A stretch of DNA of 64,000 nt from a virus (lineage: Duplodnaviria > Heunggongvirae > Uroviricota > Caudoviricetes): the IMG/VR virus record IMGVR_UViG_3300047274_000273, positions 55,217 through 119,216 of that record, one strand, 5' to 3'. Below are positions 36,588-45,065 of the stretch, piece after piece. The stretch's first letter is position 1; every line of letters begins with the position of its first letter. The notes below the pieces were generated by a model. The model was not told the DNA's origin. It searched no databases and worked only from the letters and a program-made list of their open reading frames with translations. Position numbers and translations under genes: made by a program.

Positions 36588-36899
36588 AAGCAAAGAGAAA
36601 AGTGTTCTGGACGCGGGTTCGATTCCCGCCCGGTCCACCAGAAAGAATTCTTCACCCTGTATAGAGACAGACAAGTGCTATAGACTATACTAAAGAGTTC
36701 TTTCTAATGGGCCGGACCTGGTTTCGACAGGGCAAAGAGTAACAGAGTGGACAGCAGGGTAGGCGATGACCCTAAATCAAGCAAAACTATAACTGCAAAC
36801 GCAGCTAATGACGAGGTTTACGCTCTAGCAGCCTAAACTTCCGGGGCAGGTATGCCTTGTAACCAAAAATACCAAAGCGGCTCTTGTGGCCGCTTTTTC
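36588..36899 (+). ncRNA. ssrA: two-piece (circularly permuted) tmRNA: acceptor piece upstream, coding piece with tag ORF downstream, intrinsic terminator
   Basis: 36607-36640 GGACGCGGGTTCGATTCCCGCCCGGTCCACCA is nearly identical to the E. coli tmRNA 3' end (T-arm, 3' acceptor, CCA). 36709 GGGCCGGACCTGGTTTCGACAGGG is the tmRNA 5' end-like, forming G3:U70 with the upstream acceptor strand. Tag reading frame 36795-36836 reads GCAAACGCAGCUAAUGACGAGGUUUACGCUCUAGCAGCCUAA (..ANDEVYALAA stop). Terminator at 36876-36899. Confidence 0.8.
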
Positions 36900-36927
36900 T
36901 TGACTTTTACTGATAGTTTGTTATATA
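36900..36927 (+). promoter_or_regulatory. sigma70-like promoter TTGACT-16-TATATA
   Basis: Sits directly after the tmRNA terminator in a 200-nt AT-rich region upstream of ahpC. Confidence 0.45.
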
Positions 36928-37020
36928 CTTGTCCTAGATAAAGGTTATTTTTGTACGACCGTTATTAATTTTTTATATTATCCTCATTGAAAAATACAAT
37001 AAAAAATCTATTAAAATTAG

Positions 37021-37049
37021 TTGATTAATAGGATAATTAAATGTATAGT
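37021..37049 (+). promoter_or_regulatory. sigma70-like promoter TTGATT-17-TATAGT upstream of ahpC
   Basis: Near-consensus hexamers with a 17-nt spacer, about 58 nt upstream of the ahpC ATG. Confidence 0.55.
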
Positions 37050-37106
37050 AATTACATAGGACATGGAGTTCTAAAGTTTTTCAAACACACACAAAGGAGA
37101 TTGTAA

Positions 37107-37658
37107 ATGAAAACAGTTGGTAATAAATTAGAAAAATTTGCAGTAACAGGAGTTAACCCAGGTAAGGATGATTTCTTTACTATCGATGAAAATAGTTTTT
37201 CAGGCAAGTGGAAGGTAATCGTTTACTATCCTAAGGACTTTACATTTGTTTGTCCCACAGAAATCGTTGCCTATGACAAATTGTTTCAAGACTTTGCTGA
37301 TCGTGACGCAGTATTGCTCACTGGTAGCACAGACAACGAATTCTGCAAACTAGCATGGCAGGCCGCACACGAAGATCTCAAGAAAATCAAGCACATCCAA
37401 TTTGCCGATACACAGCGTTGGAATGATGAGACTATGGAAGATTTAAGCCTAATTAATCAGTTAGGTGTGTTCTATGCTCCAGCAGGTGCCGCACTCCGTG
37501 CGACATTCATCGTCGATCCGGATAATGTTATCCAACACGTCACTGTCAACAACTTGAATGTTGGTCGCTCACCAGAAGAAACACTTCGTGTTCTTGATGC
37601 ATTACAGACTGGCGAACTTTGTGCTTGTAACCGCACAGTAGGCGGAGAAACACTATAA
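37107..37658 (+). CDS. ahpC: peroxiredoxin AhpC (typical 2-Cys, mycobacterial type)
   Basis: FTFVCPTEI peroxidatic Cys motif; C-terminal ELCACN; close alignment to actinobacterial-type AhpC. Confidence 0.85.
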   Translation: MKTVGNKLEKFAVTGVNPGKDDFFTIDENSFSGKWKVIVYYPKDFTFVCPTEIVAYDKLFQDFADRDAVLLTGSTDNEFCKLAWQAAHEDLKKIKHIQFADTQRWNDETMEDLSLINQLGVFYAPAGAALRATFIVDPDNVIQHVTVNNLNVGRSPEETLRVLDALQTGELCACNRTVGGETL

Positions 37659-38164
37659 TGGCATTCATTGACGCAATTAAAACTGCGTTGCCAGAATACG
37701 CAAAGGACACCAAGTTAAACTTGGACGCTGTCCTTTTGCGTTCAACATTAGATGCTGATGTGGCTATGGGATGTGCTGTGGCCGCCTTGGCCGCAACTGG
37801 TAACGGTAAGGTACTTGCTGTTATGCTGGCCGATGCACCTGTTCACGCAGAGTCGGCGATGACTGCTGCCAGCATCATGGCACAGAACAACGTTTGGTAC
37901 CCATATGTTGAAATGGCAGACGATGAAAGCCTAAAAGGATTGCCAGCACAGTTACGCATGAACGCTATTGCAAGTCATGGCGGAACTACAAAGGCAAACT
38001 TTGAAGCGTTTAGTCTTGCCGCAAGCATTGTGGGCAAATGTCATTTCTGTGTTAAGGCACACTACGACACATTGAAGAAGGAAGGCTACACAGTAGAACA
38101 ACTTCGTGACATTGGACGTATCGCCGCAGTAATGAACTCAGTGGCAAAGGTATTGAACTCTTAA
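37658..38164 (+). CDS. ahpD: alkylhydroperoxidase AhpD (CMD family)
   Basis: ALPEYAKDTKLNL N-terminus; GKCHFCVKAH (CxxCxxxH) catalytic motif; overall alignment to M. tuberculosis AhpD. TAATG overlap with ahpC. Confidence 0.75.
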   Translation: MAFIDAIKTALPEYAKDTKLNLDAVLLRSTLDADVAMGCAVAALAATGNGKVLAVMLADAPVHAESAMTAASIMAQNNVWYPYVEMADDESLKGLPAQLRMNAIASHGGTTKANFEAFSLAASIVGKCHFCVKAHYDTLKKEGYTVEQLRDIGRIAAVMNSVAKVLNS

Positions 38165-38167
38165 GAA

Positions 38168-38190
38168 AAACCCACCATTGGTGGGTTTTT
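38168..38190 (+). terminator. rho-independent terminator
   Basis: aaacccacc-att-ggtgggttt followed by tt. Confidence 0.8.
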
Positions 38191-38216
38191 AAATTATCTA
38201 TTAAAGAGAGAATAAA

Positions 38217-38630
38217 ATGTTAGAGTGTTTGATCTTAGGTGATAGTCTTGCAGTGGGCATAGGACAGATCCGCAAAGAATGTACGACCTATGCCGTCAGT
38301 GGTATCAGTAGCTATAACTATGTTAATAGACATATCTTATACACTGGTTCTAATAACAAAGAAGCCAAGACAGTGATAATCAGCTTAGGATCAAACGATC
38401 TCAAGAACATCAATACCTACGAAGAATTAGACACTTTGAGACAACTAGTCAAAGCAGATCGAGTTTATTGGATCTTGCCTGCTATCAAAGAAAATAAACG
38501 GGAAGCAGTCCAAAAAATTTCTCAAAAATACAATGATGTTGTCATTGACGCAAGACAGCATTCTATGAGTCCTGATGGGGTACATCCTACCTACAAAGGC
38601 TACAAAGAAATTTCTGCCAAAACCAAATAA
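38217..38630 (+). CDS. SGNH/GDSL-family hydrolase
   Basis: ILGDSLAVG (GDS block), GSND, DGVHP (DxxH block). Confidence 0.55.
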   Translation: MLECLILGDSLAVGIGQIRKECTTYAVSGISSYNYVNRHILYTGSNNKEAKTVIISLGSNDLKNINTYEELDTLRQLVKADRVYWILPAIKENKREAVQKISQKYNDVVIDARQHSMSPDGVHPTYKGYKEISAKTK

Positions 38631-38650
38631 ACTATAAAGTGCAGTAATAT

Positions 38651-38854
38651 ATGCAAGAATCATCACTACGCAGTCTGGCCAAAACACTTAGTTGGCGGGT
38701 CACAGGTAGTGCTTCTACATTCATTATCGTTTATCTTGTCACGGGTAGTGCAGGTGTAAGTTCGGGAGTGGCTGTTATACAGATGATCGTCAATACTTTC
38801 TTGTATTGGTTTCACGAACGAGTATGGAATCGTATCAAGTGGGGCAAAGACTAA
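38651..38854 (+). CDS. small membrane protein (DUF2061-like)
   Basis: Two TM spans. Confidence 0.35.
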   Translation: MQESSLRSLAKTLSWRVTGSASTFIIVYLVTGSAGVSSGVAVIQMIVNTFLYWFHERVWNRIKWGKD

Positions 38855-39711
38855 TTTTTGAGAAATAGTTTTTTTTCTACGATTTCTTTAAGAGGTATTC
38901 CGTGTAGTTTCGATTTTGTGTAACAGTCAGCATAGGGATCATAATCGATCCATGTGCCTAGACCTAAGACAATATGGATTCTATCTTCTGGAAATTCGCA
39001 GCGCCTGTTAACAGTGACCTTATGCGGAATCCTAGTATTCCAGATATAAGCCTTCCCTAATTCAAGATGTTTTCTTATAGATAATTCGTTTCCGTATTCA
39101 TCGCGACCATCGATTTCTATTATATATTCTCGAGATGTCTGCAATGGAATATTGATCCTCAGTAAGTGTGTAGGCGGCTCGTCTACGTGAGGATCACTGT
39201 CGTTACGAGATTTTCCGAACATATTTAAAAAAGCCACTCGACTGCGAAATATAGGCATACTCAATTTTGAAAATAAACTACCAAACGATCGTTCTATTAT
39301 GGGATCGATTTTTCTAAATGCAAATGTATCATAATAGGTATTTCTAATCTTATCATGCTCGCCCATGCCCGCAGACCTTCCATAGTTCTGGAGCAAATTA
39401 CCAGAACCCCAGGTCTGATGAAATTTAGAAGAGCCAGTATCTTTATAGTCAGGATTATAGGTGAGAGAAAATCCCGAATATTTTCTGCTCTTACCAAATT
39501 TAGTAGTCCATGGCTGTAGTCCTATTTGATTCTTAACAGCCATAGTTGACTCTAGTAGCTCGGTATGGCTAGGCAAGCCTAGCTCTCTCAAATCGAACTC
39601 ATAAAATAAAAAGTTCTGCAATGAATCCGAAATCATCTGCTCGGAGTAAAAACCGGCACTGGTTAGGTGTGCGATAATTTCTTTAGAATCATCGAGATCG
39701 GATATGTTCAT
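38851..39711 (-). CDS. hypothetical protein, possible 2OG-Fe(II) oxygenase / cupin-type HxD...H fold
   Basis: PHVDEPP...IPHKV, a possible facial-triad arrangement. Weak call. Confidence 0.3.
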   Translation of the reverse strand: MNISDLDDSKEIIAHLTSAGFYSEQMISDSLQNFLFYEFDLRELGLPSHTELLESTMAVKNQIGLQPWTTKFGKSRKYSGFSLTYNPDYKDTGSSKFHQTWGSGNLLQNYGRSAGMGEHDKIRNTYYDTFAFRKIDPIIERSFGSLFSKLSMPIFRSRVAFLNMFGKSRNDSDPHVDEPPTHLLRINIPLQTSREYIIEIDGRDEYGNELSIRKHLELGKAYIWNTRIPHKVTVNRRCEFPEDRIHIVLGLGTWIDYDPYADCYTKSKLHGIPLKEIVEKKLFLKN

Positions 39712-39843
39712 TAGTGTATTTATGGGCCGTATTCATTAGTCATCTTTAATGATTTAACGTATGTTTTTTCCGGTGATTTTACCGTATTATAATGATACAT
39801 ACTGATGCAATAGAAGTATGTTTTTATAAAAAGGAGACACATT

Positions 39844-39915
39844 ATGTGGACCAAACCTGAAGCAACCGAAATGCGTTTTGGCTTTGAAGTAACAATGTAC
39901 GTAGCTAATCGCTAA
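39844..39915 (+). CDS. pqqA: PqqA-like peptide (coenzyme PQQ precursor peptide, 23 aa)
   Basis: [23 protein letters not shown] versus Klebsiella PqqA [23 protein letters not shown]: same length, and the conserved MW.KP, G.EVT.Y..NR residues are kept, including the Glu and Tyr that become PQQ. Strong SD aaggag; terminator directly downstream. Confidence 0.6.
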   Translation: MWTKPEATEMRFGFEVTMYVANR

Positions 39916-39924
39916 TCCAAAAGA

Positions 39925-39945
39925 GCCCACTTCGGTGGGCTTTTT
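39925..39945 (+). terminator. rho-independent terminator
   Basis: gcccac-ttcg-gtgggc followed by ttttt. Confidence 0.8.
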
Positions 39946-40005
39946 CTTGACTTTTTTTCCTACCGGTGTTATAATAATATCAACAGTAACGACTGGAGAA
40001 CAATT

Positions 40006-40401
40006 TTGAGTATGCATTTGGAAGGCCCGTGGCTCAGCACCACAGGCAAAAAGAAAGGCAAACGCAAATTTCGAAACGCTGATGAAGCGAGAAAGGCTAG
40101 ACAGTTGAAAGAAGAATGGGAAGATCTTCTCAAACGTCACGGTATTGAGCAAGAACAGCGCCGTAAGAATCGAGCTCTAGCTGTCCCTACTTATACGCCA
40201 ATTAAGGCCGAACCTTATAGGCGAGATACAGGTCCAAGGATTCCTAGTTTGAATCCCACCGATATGGCTCCTTGCCTTAAGACTCCAGACAAGGTCTATA
40301 CAGGAACTGCTATCAAAGGTATTGGTACTATGCATAAATCTAACGCTGTACCTATCTTTTCGGACGAAGAAGCGATAGATATCGCCAAAATGCGTCGATA
40401 A
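40006..40401 (+). CDS. hypothetical basic protein
   Basis: ORF only; Lys/Arg-rich N-terminus. Confidence 0.35.
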   Translation: MSMHLEGPWLSTTGKKKGKRKFRNADEARKARQLKEEWEDLLKRHGIEQEQRRKNRALAVPTYTPIKAEPYRRDTGPRIPSLNPTDMAPCLKTPDKVYTGTAIKGIGTMHKSNAVPIFSDEEAIDIAKMRR

Positions 40402-40667
40402 TCACCGGTTTACAACTAGAATATTTGATGTTATGCTATATATAACTACGTTTCGCAAAGAAACTGAGATAGTAGAACCGAAGTATGTCAAAAGCTGAAA
40501 AGGTTCCGCGAGTCTTGGCCTATGAGAAACCCGTGAGATTCGGGCGGTCAAGGCTCCAAAGGCACATGAGTTATGAGATCATGCGTCCAATGGAGACAAC
40601 TACACGAACCCAGGGTTCTTTCAAGAGCCTCGTGAAGTTTACTCCCTTAATGTAATGTCGTGAAGTA

Positions 40668-41252
40668 TTGCGACACCAAGTGAAAGGAGGACTTATGGAA
40701 AAGTCAATTCGTTTTATCTGTTGCCTTCTCGGCTTTTTGGCCGTGGTAACTGTTATCCAATCTTTGGTTAACAAAAAGTTTGAAAATCTCAAACAAGTCA
40801 ATGGCTACTATAGCCAAGATGTAATTTCTATCAAAACCCGTGAAACTCAACTAGACTGTCTGGCCATGAATATCTATCGTGAAGCCGGATATGAAAATTT
40901 TGAGGGCAAGGTCGCAGTCGCACAAGTGACTATGAATCGTGTCAAGGACGGTAGGTTTGGAGAAGATGTCTGTGGAGTGATCTACAAGAAAAATGTCGTG
41001 ATGGACAAGGTCGTTTGCCAATTCTCATGGGCTTGCGATCATGCAGCCAGAACTAGACCTGTGAATCCCACAGCCTACAAAGAAAGTTACGAAGTAGCTA
41101 AGAAAGTTCTTTTGGAAGGTTTCCAATTGAGTGTTCTCAAAGATGCATTATACTATCATGCAAACTATGTGAACCCTCGTTGGCCCTTAGAAAAGATTGG
41201 ATCAATCGGTAATCACATTTTCTACAGAGGAAAGAAAGGCAACAATGTTTAA
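40668..41252 (+). CDS. SleB-type cell-wall hydrolase (endolysin candidate) with N-terminal signal-anchor
   Basis: LDCLAMNIYREAGYE...GKVAVAQVTMNRV...VCQFSWACD: the Hydrolase_2/SleB signature. SD aaaggagg. Confidence 0.65.
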   Translation: MRHQVKGGLMEKSIRFICCLLGFLAVVTVIQSLVNKKFENLKQVNGYYSQDVISIKTRETQLDCLAMNIYREAGYENFEGKVAVAQVTMNRVKDGRFGEDVCGVIYKKNVVMDKVVCQFSWACDHAARTRPVNPTAYKESYEVAKKVLLEGFQLSVLKDALYYHANYVNPRWPLEKIGSIGNHIFYRGKKGNNV

Positions 41253-41574
41253 TAAATTTAACATCCTACCACATTTTGAATCCATGGAAGAATTTAAATC
41301 TTGGGCAGTGGCCAAGGTTAGTTCGATTTCTTCTGAAACATTCGGATGGCTAGCTGTTATCGTTCTTCACGCAGCCACTATTCCTAGTATGCTAGCAGTA
41401 ATGAGCGGTCTAACCGATCGACTACCTGCGGTAGACCTAGTCTTATTGGTTTGGGGAGGACTCGGACTGTTGTTCGTCAAGGCCGCGGTGCAGAAAGACA
41501 TGCTGAACGTTGTCACGATTGGTTTGGGATTCATCCTACAGGCTGTATTAATGGCTCTGATATTTTTCAAGTAA
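41245..41574 (+). CDS. three-TM small membrane protein (holin candidate)
   Basis: ATGTTTAATAA overlap with the lysin stop; three hydrophobic helices. Confidence 0.45.
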   Translation: MFNKFNILPHFESMEEFKSWAVAKVSSISSETFGWLAVIVLHAATIPSMLAVMSGLTDRLPAVDLVLLVWGGLGLLFVKAAVQKDMLNVVTIGLGFILQAVLMALIFFK

Positions 41575-41653
41575 TTTGGTAAACGCCATAGTTGACTTTT
41601 GTCGGCTATGGTGTTACTATATGTAAGTCGTAACTACTCATAGAGAGGCACAC

Positions 41654-42253
41654 ATGAAAAAGGCATTTGTTGTTGTACCGTTGGTAATTGCTCTTACCGC
41701 CTGCGGTTCGATGACCACACTTCAAACTGAAAATCTAGAAAAGAAAACAGTCCCCACTTGGTATCTTGATCATGCAGATAAAGGCAGTGAATCAAAATCA
41801 TGGTACAAGCCCTGGGACCGTGATGGCATGTATTATGCTGTCGCAGAAGATGTTAGCCCTTCGATGGAAATGGCGCTGAAAAAGGCCACACTCAAAGCCA
41901 AGGCCAAGATCGCTGATAGGGTCAACGGTGAGATGAACAACCGTACTACTATCAAATATGACGAATCTGGTCCTCCGTCCAATCCGATCGGAACAGGTGG
42001 CGCACAGGATGTGATCGTTAATCTTATCGCCGAAAGCGTACTTCGTACCTACGGTGTTGAAAAGAAAATGATCATCTATAATCCAGAACTTCGAAATTAT
42101 AGAGCATTCGTGATGTTGAAGATCAGCCAGCAAGATGTGCAGGCATTGGCTGCAACTTTCGATCAAAACAAACAGGTCAAGCTTCAAGGCAGAGTCGCTG
42201 GCAAGACTCTAGATGAAACAGCCAAAGAAGTTCTTGAGCAATCACGTCGATGA
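41654..42253 (+). CDS. lipoprotein, hypothetical
   Basis: Lipobox LTAC. Confidence 0.45.
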   Translation: MKKAFVVVPLVIALTACGSMTTLQTENLEKKTVPTWYLDHADKGSESKSWYKPWDRDGMYYAVAEDVSPSMEMALKKATLKAKAKIADRVNGEMNNRTTIKYDESGPPSNPIGTGGAQDVIVNLIAESVLRTYGVEKKMIIYNPELRNYRAFVMLKISQQDVQALAATFDQNKQVKLQGRVAGKTLDETAKEVLEQSRR

Positions 42254-42609
42254 AAACACTATATCCAAAAACAGCACGGATCTTAACCTGCTCCGTGTTG
42301 ATTTTGGCCTTGTCGGCCTGTGCATCTAAGCCCGCGATCAAGGCCAAGTCAGAACAGTACTGCGATCTCAAATCAACGACTGTTGTGGTGAAAAATCAAC
42401 ACGGTGTTTTGGAAGAGCAAACAGTTGAGATTTTAAAGTGCAACGACAACGAAATTGACAGACTATTCTTGGCTCAATCCGGAATGGCTGCTAACTGCGG
42501 TGAATTCACTTATTGGATGAAGATTGGAGACAGGGATGTTAGACGTAAGGGCGTCAGCTGCCAAAAGTTGGATGGTAATTGGGAAATTGTTAATACTGGT
42601 CGCAACTAG
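42250..42609 (+). CDS. lipoprotein, hypothetical
   Basis: Lipobox LSAC. Confidence 0.4.
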   Translation: MKTLYPKTARILTCSVLILALSACASKPAIKAKSEQYCDLKSTTVVVKNQHGVLEEQTVEILKCNDNEIDRLFLAQSGMAANCGEFTYWMKIGDRDVRRKGVSCQKLDGNWEIVNTGRN

Positions 42610-42967
42610 TCCTGCACTGGCCAACGATATTAATAATCCTAGATTTTTTAATTATAGAGGTGAGTCTTTCGTTAACGATCTAGTCATTGGCGGGTTTGGT
42701 TGGTTTCGAACACTTAATGACGATCAGAAAGATGCTTACACACAGGCCGTGACTCATGCGGTAATGTACGCAGAAAATGGGCAAGCAGTTGAATGGTTTA
42801 AGGGCACAGCCAGCGGTATGGCAGTGCCTGTTATGACCTGGCCCACGGGTTCTGGCTACTGTAGAAGAATACATGCACAGGCCATTGCCTACGGTGTAGA
42901 AAAAACAATGAGTAAGACTGCCTGCTATTCAAATGCTAGCAGTAATTGGAGATGGATGGATAACTAA
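42572..42967 (+). CDS. secreted hypothetical protein
   Basis: Signal peptide MVIGKLLILVATSPALA; the start is uncertain and could be 42536. Confidence 0.35.
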   Translation: MVIGKLLILVATSPALANDINNPRFFNYRGESFVNDLVIGGFGWFRTLNDDQKDAYTQAVTHAVMYAENGQAVEWFKGTASGMAVPVMTWPTGSGYCRRIHAQAIAYGVEKTMSKTACYSNASSNWRWMDN

Positions 42968-42977
42968 ATAATTTTTC

Positions 42978-44438
42978 ATGAAAATCAATATTAGCGATCG
43001 TATCATTGCCTATTTGGCCCTAGTCAGCGGTTTATCAATATCCGCAGTGGCTATCTATTACTCTGTTGCAGGCCTAGTGTCTATCTTTGCCGCGGCAGTG
43101 ATTCCTATCACGGTTATGGGTGTGGTCTTAGAAGTAGGCAAGCTATCGGCCACTGTTTGGTTGAAGCAAAATTGGTCTGTGGCACCTAGGTTCCTTAAGG
43201 CCTACCTAATGATCGCTATCACGGTGCTGATGTTGATTACCAGCATGGGTATATTTGGTTATCTTTCTAAGGCGCATTTAGATCAAGCAGTACCTACAGG
43301 AGATGTAGCTGCCAAGGTCGCTCTCCTAGACGAAAAGATAAAAACAGAAAGAGACAATATCGAAACAGCCCGTGCCGCTATAAAACAAATGGATGCACAG
43401 GTCGAAGCGAGATTAAGTCGCAGTGATGACGAAAAAGGTGCAGAACGTGCTGTGCAAATACGTCGTCAACAACAGACAGAGCGCGGCCGCTTACAAAAAG
43501 AAATTGGCGATGCTCAGGCACGTATCGCAAAGCTAAATGAAGAACGAGCTCCAATCGCCAGCGAGCTTCGTAAAGTAGAAGCCGAAGTTGGACCTATCAA
43601 ATATATCGCTGCATTGATGTACGGTGATAATCCAGATCAAAATCTTTTAGAAGCTGCGGTAAGATGGGTCATCATTATCATAGTTTTTGTATTTGATCCG
43701 TTAGCAGTGATTCTGTTATTGGCCAGTCAGTATAGTTTCTCTTGGTTCCGCAAGCAGGAAGAAGAAAACCAATTACCTCCAGAGAACGTCGAAGAGGCAC
43801 CAATCGAAGAAGCAGTAGTCGAAGAAGAAAAAGAGGACGACTTTAAATTCTTGGCCGAAGATGAGGATCTTTATCCAGAAGGAAAACCTTGGGAAGAAAA
43901 AGAAAAAGAAAACGAATACAAGATCACTCCCGAAACTCACTCTTATCTTTTCAAACCATGGGTAAGCCGTGTGCCGGGAGTTGAACCTGTAGGCCCATTG
44001 GTTTATAAACCAGAAACTGATACAGTGATCACTCCTGAATCTGCGGTTGAAGAAGAACTAGACACAGACGACGAGGATGAATTAAATCATCCTGACGATT
44101 CGGCAGAAATGAAAGCAGCCAAATCTTCATGGAAACATGATCATCCTAATGACTCGTTGAAGCGTCATCGAAAGCTATTCGAAAAAGGCATCATCTCAAA
44201 ATTACCTTGGGAAAGTTATCTAAAACCTCAGGCAGATTTCAGCGACGACGAAGCAGCCGAGGAAGCAGCCAAGTGGGCCGCTGAACAACTCGAAGCCAAA
44301 AAAAAAGGCAGTGACTTGGATAGAGAGAGTGGGCAAGGAACAGATAACCAAAACCAAAGATTGATAGAAAACTACGAACAGAATGCTGAACAAAGTGAAT
44401 CCACTCTTTGGAAAAAGATAAAAGATGCTAAAAGATGA
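42978..44438 (+). CDS. membrane protein with coiled-coil and acidic C-terminal region
   Basis: Three N-terminal TM helices, a long coiled coil, a further TM helix and an E/D-rich tail. Confidence 0.4.
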   Translation: MKINISDRIIAYLALVSGLSISAVAIYYSVAGLVSIFAAAVIPITVMGVVLEVGKLSATVWLKQNWSVAPRFLKAYLMIAITVLMLITSMGIFGYLSKAHLDQAVPTGDVAAKVALLDEKIKTERDNIETARAAIKQMDAQVEARLSRSDDEKGAERAVQIRRQQQTERGRLQKEIGDAQARIAKLNEERAPIASELRKVEAEVGPIKYIAALMYGDNPDQNLLEAAVRWVIIIIVFVFDPLAVILLLASQYSFSWFRKQEEENQLPPENVEEAPIEEAVVEEEKEDDFKFLAEDEDLYPEGKPWEEKEKENEYKITPETHSYLFKPWVSRVPGVEPVGPLVYKPETDTVITPESAVEEELDTDDEDELNHPDDSAEMKAAKSSWKHDHPNDSLKRHRKLFEKGIISKLPWESYLKPQADFSDDEAAEEAAKWAAEQLEAKKKGSDLDRESGQGTDNQNQRLIENYEQNAEQSESTLWKKIKDAKR

Positions 44439-44812
44439 CTGATAAGATCATTATAGCAACACCGCCCGACGACTGCTATCTGGATGCTGTAAGAATCCTA
44501 ACAGTAAATCTCACACACGATCAGTCTAATACGATCTCCCAAGCACTGATGAATCTAGACACAGATGTCAACGTCGTCTGCTATGTCTGGAAAACAGGTG
44601 ATCCCATACAATGGTTACTAGATAAAAAGGTCAAAGCCGACTGCACGTTTTTTAATGCAGACACTGTGATATCGGAATTAGTCACAGGTTATATAGCAGC
44701 CCAATCTAGATCTTATTATTTTGGTAATCTCAGAGATTTACAAGAAGCTAATAGAAATGTTATATATACTAAAGATGATGTTTTATCAATTCTAGGAAAG
44801 ATCACAATTTAA
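44435..44812 (+). CDS. hypothetical protein
   Basis: ORF only. Confidence 0.35.
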   Translation: MTDKIIIATPPDDCYLDAVRILTVNLTHDQSNTISQALMNLDTDVNVVCYVWKTGDPIQWLLDKKVKADCTFFNADTVISELVTGYIAAQSRSYYFGNLRDLQEANRNVIYTKDDVLSILGKITI

Positions 44813-44813
44813 T

Positions 44814-45053
44814 ATGAAAAAACTCTACGAAGACAGAAAAGGTACAGGTGTTACTGTAAAAGAACACGAGAATATCAATCAAGCTCTACGCCGTTTTAAG
44901 AAGAAAGTAGAAGAGTCTGGCACACTAGAAGCTCTTAGAAAAAAAGAGTTTTATGAAAAGCCTACGACTGTAAAAAAGAGAAAAGCGGGTGCTGCTAAGG
45001 CTCGTTGGCAAAAGAAACTCAGAGATCAACAACTACCTCCCAAACTATTCTAA
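44814..45053 (+). CDS. rpsU: ribosomal protein bS21
   Basis: ALRRFKKKVEESGTLEALRKKEFYEKPTTVKKRK aligns with bacterial S21 (ALRRFKR...EFYEKPT..RKR). Confidence 0.85.
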   Translation: MKKLYEDRKGTGVTVKEHENINQALRRFKKKVEESGTLEALRKKEFYEKPTTVKKRKAGAAKARWQKKLRDQQLPPKLF

Positions 45054-45065
45054 GAAAGGTATTCT

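Noticed and set aside
39787-40152. 121-aa minus-strand ORF
   Set aside because: Runs antisense across the pqqA SD, pqqA and its terminator; low-complexity translation; spurious.
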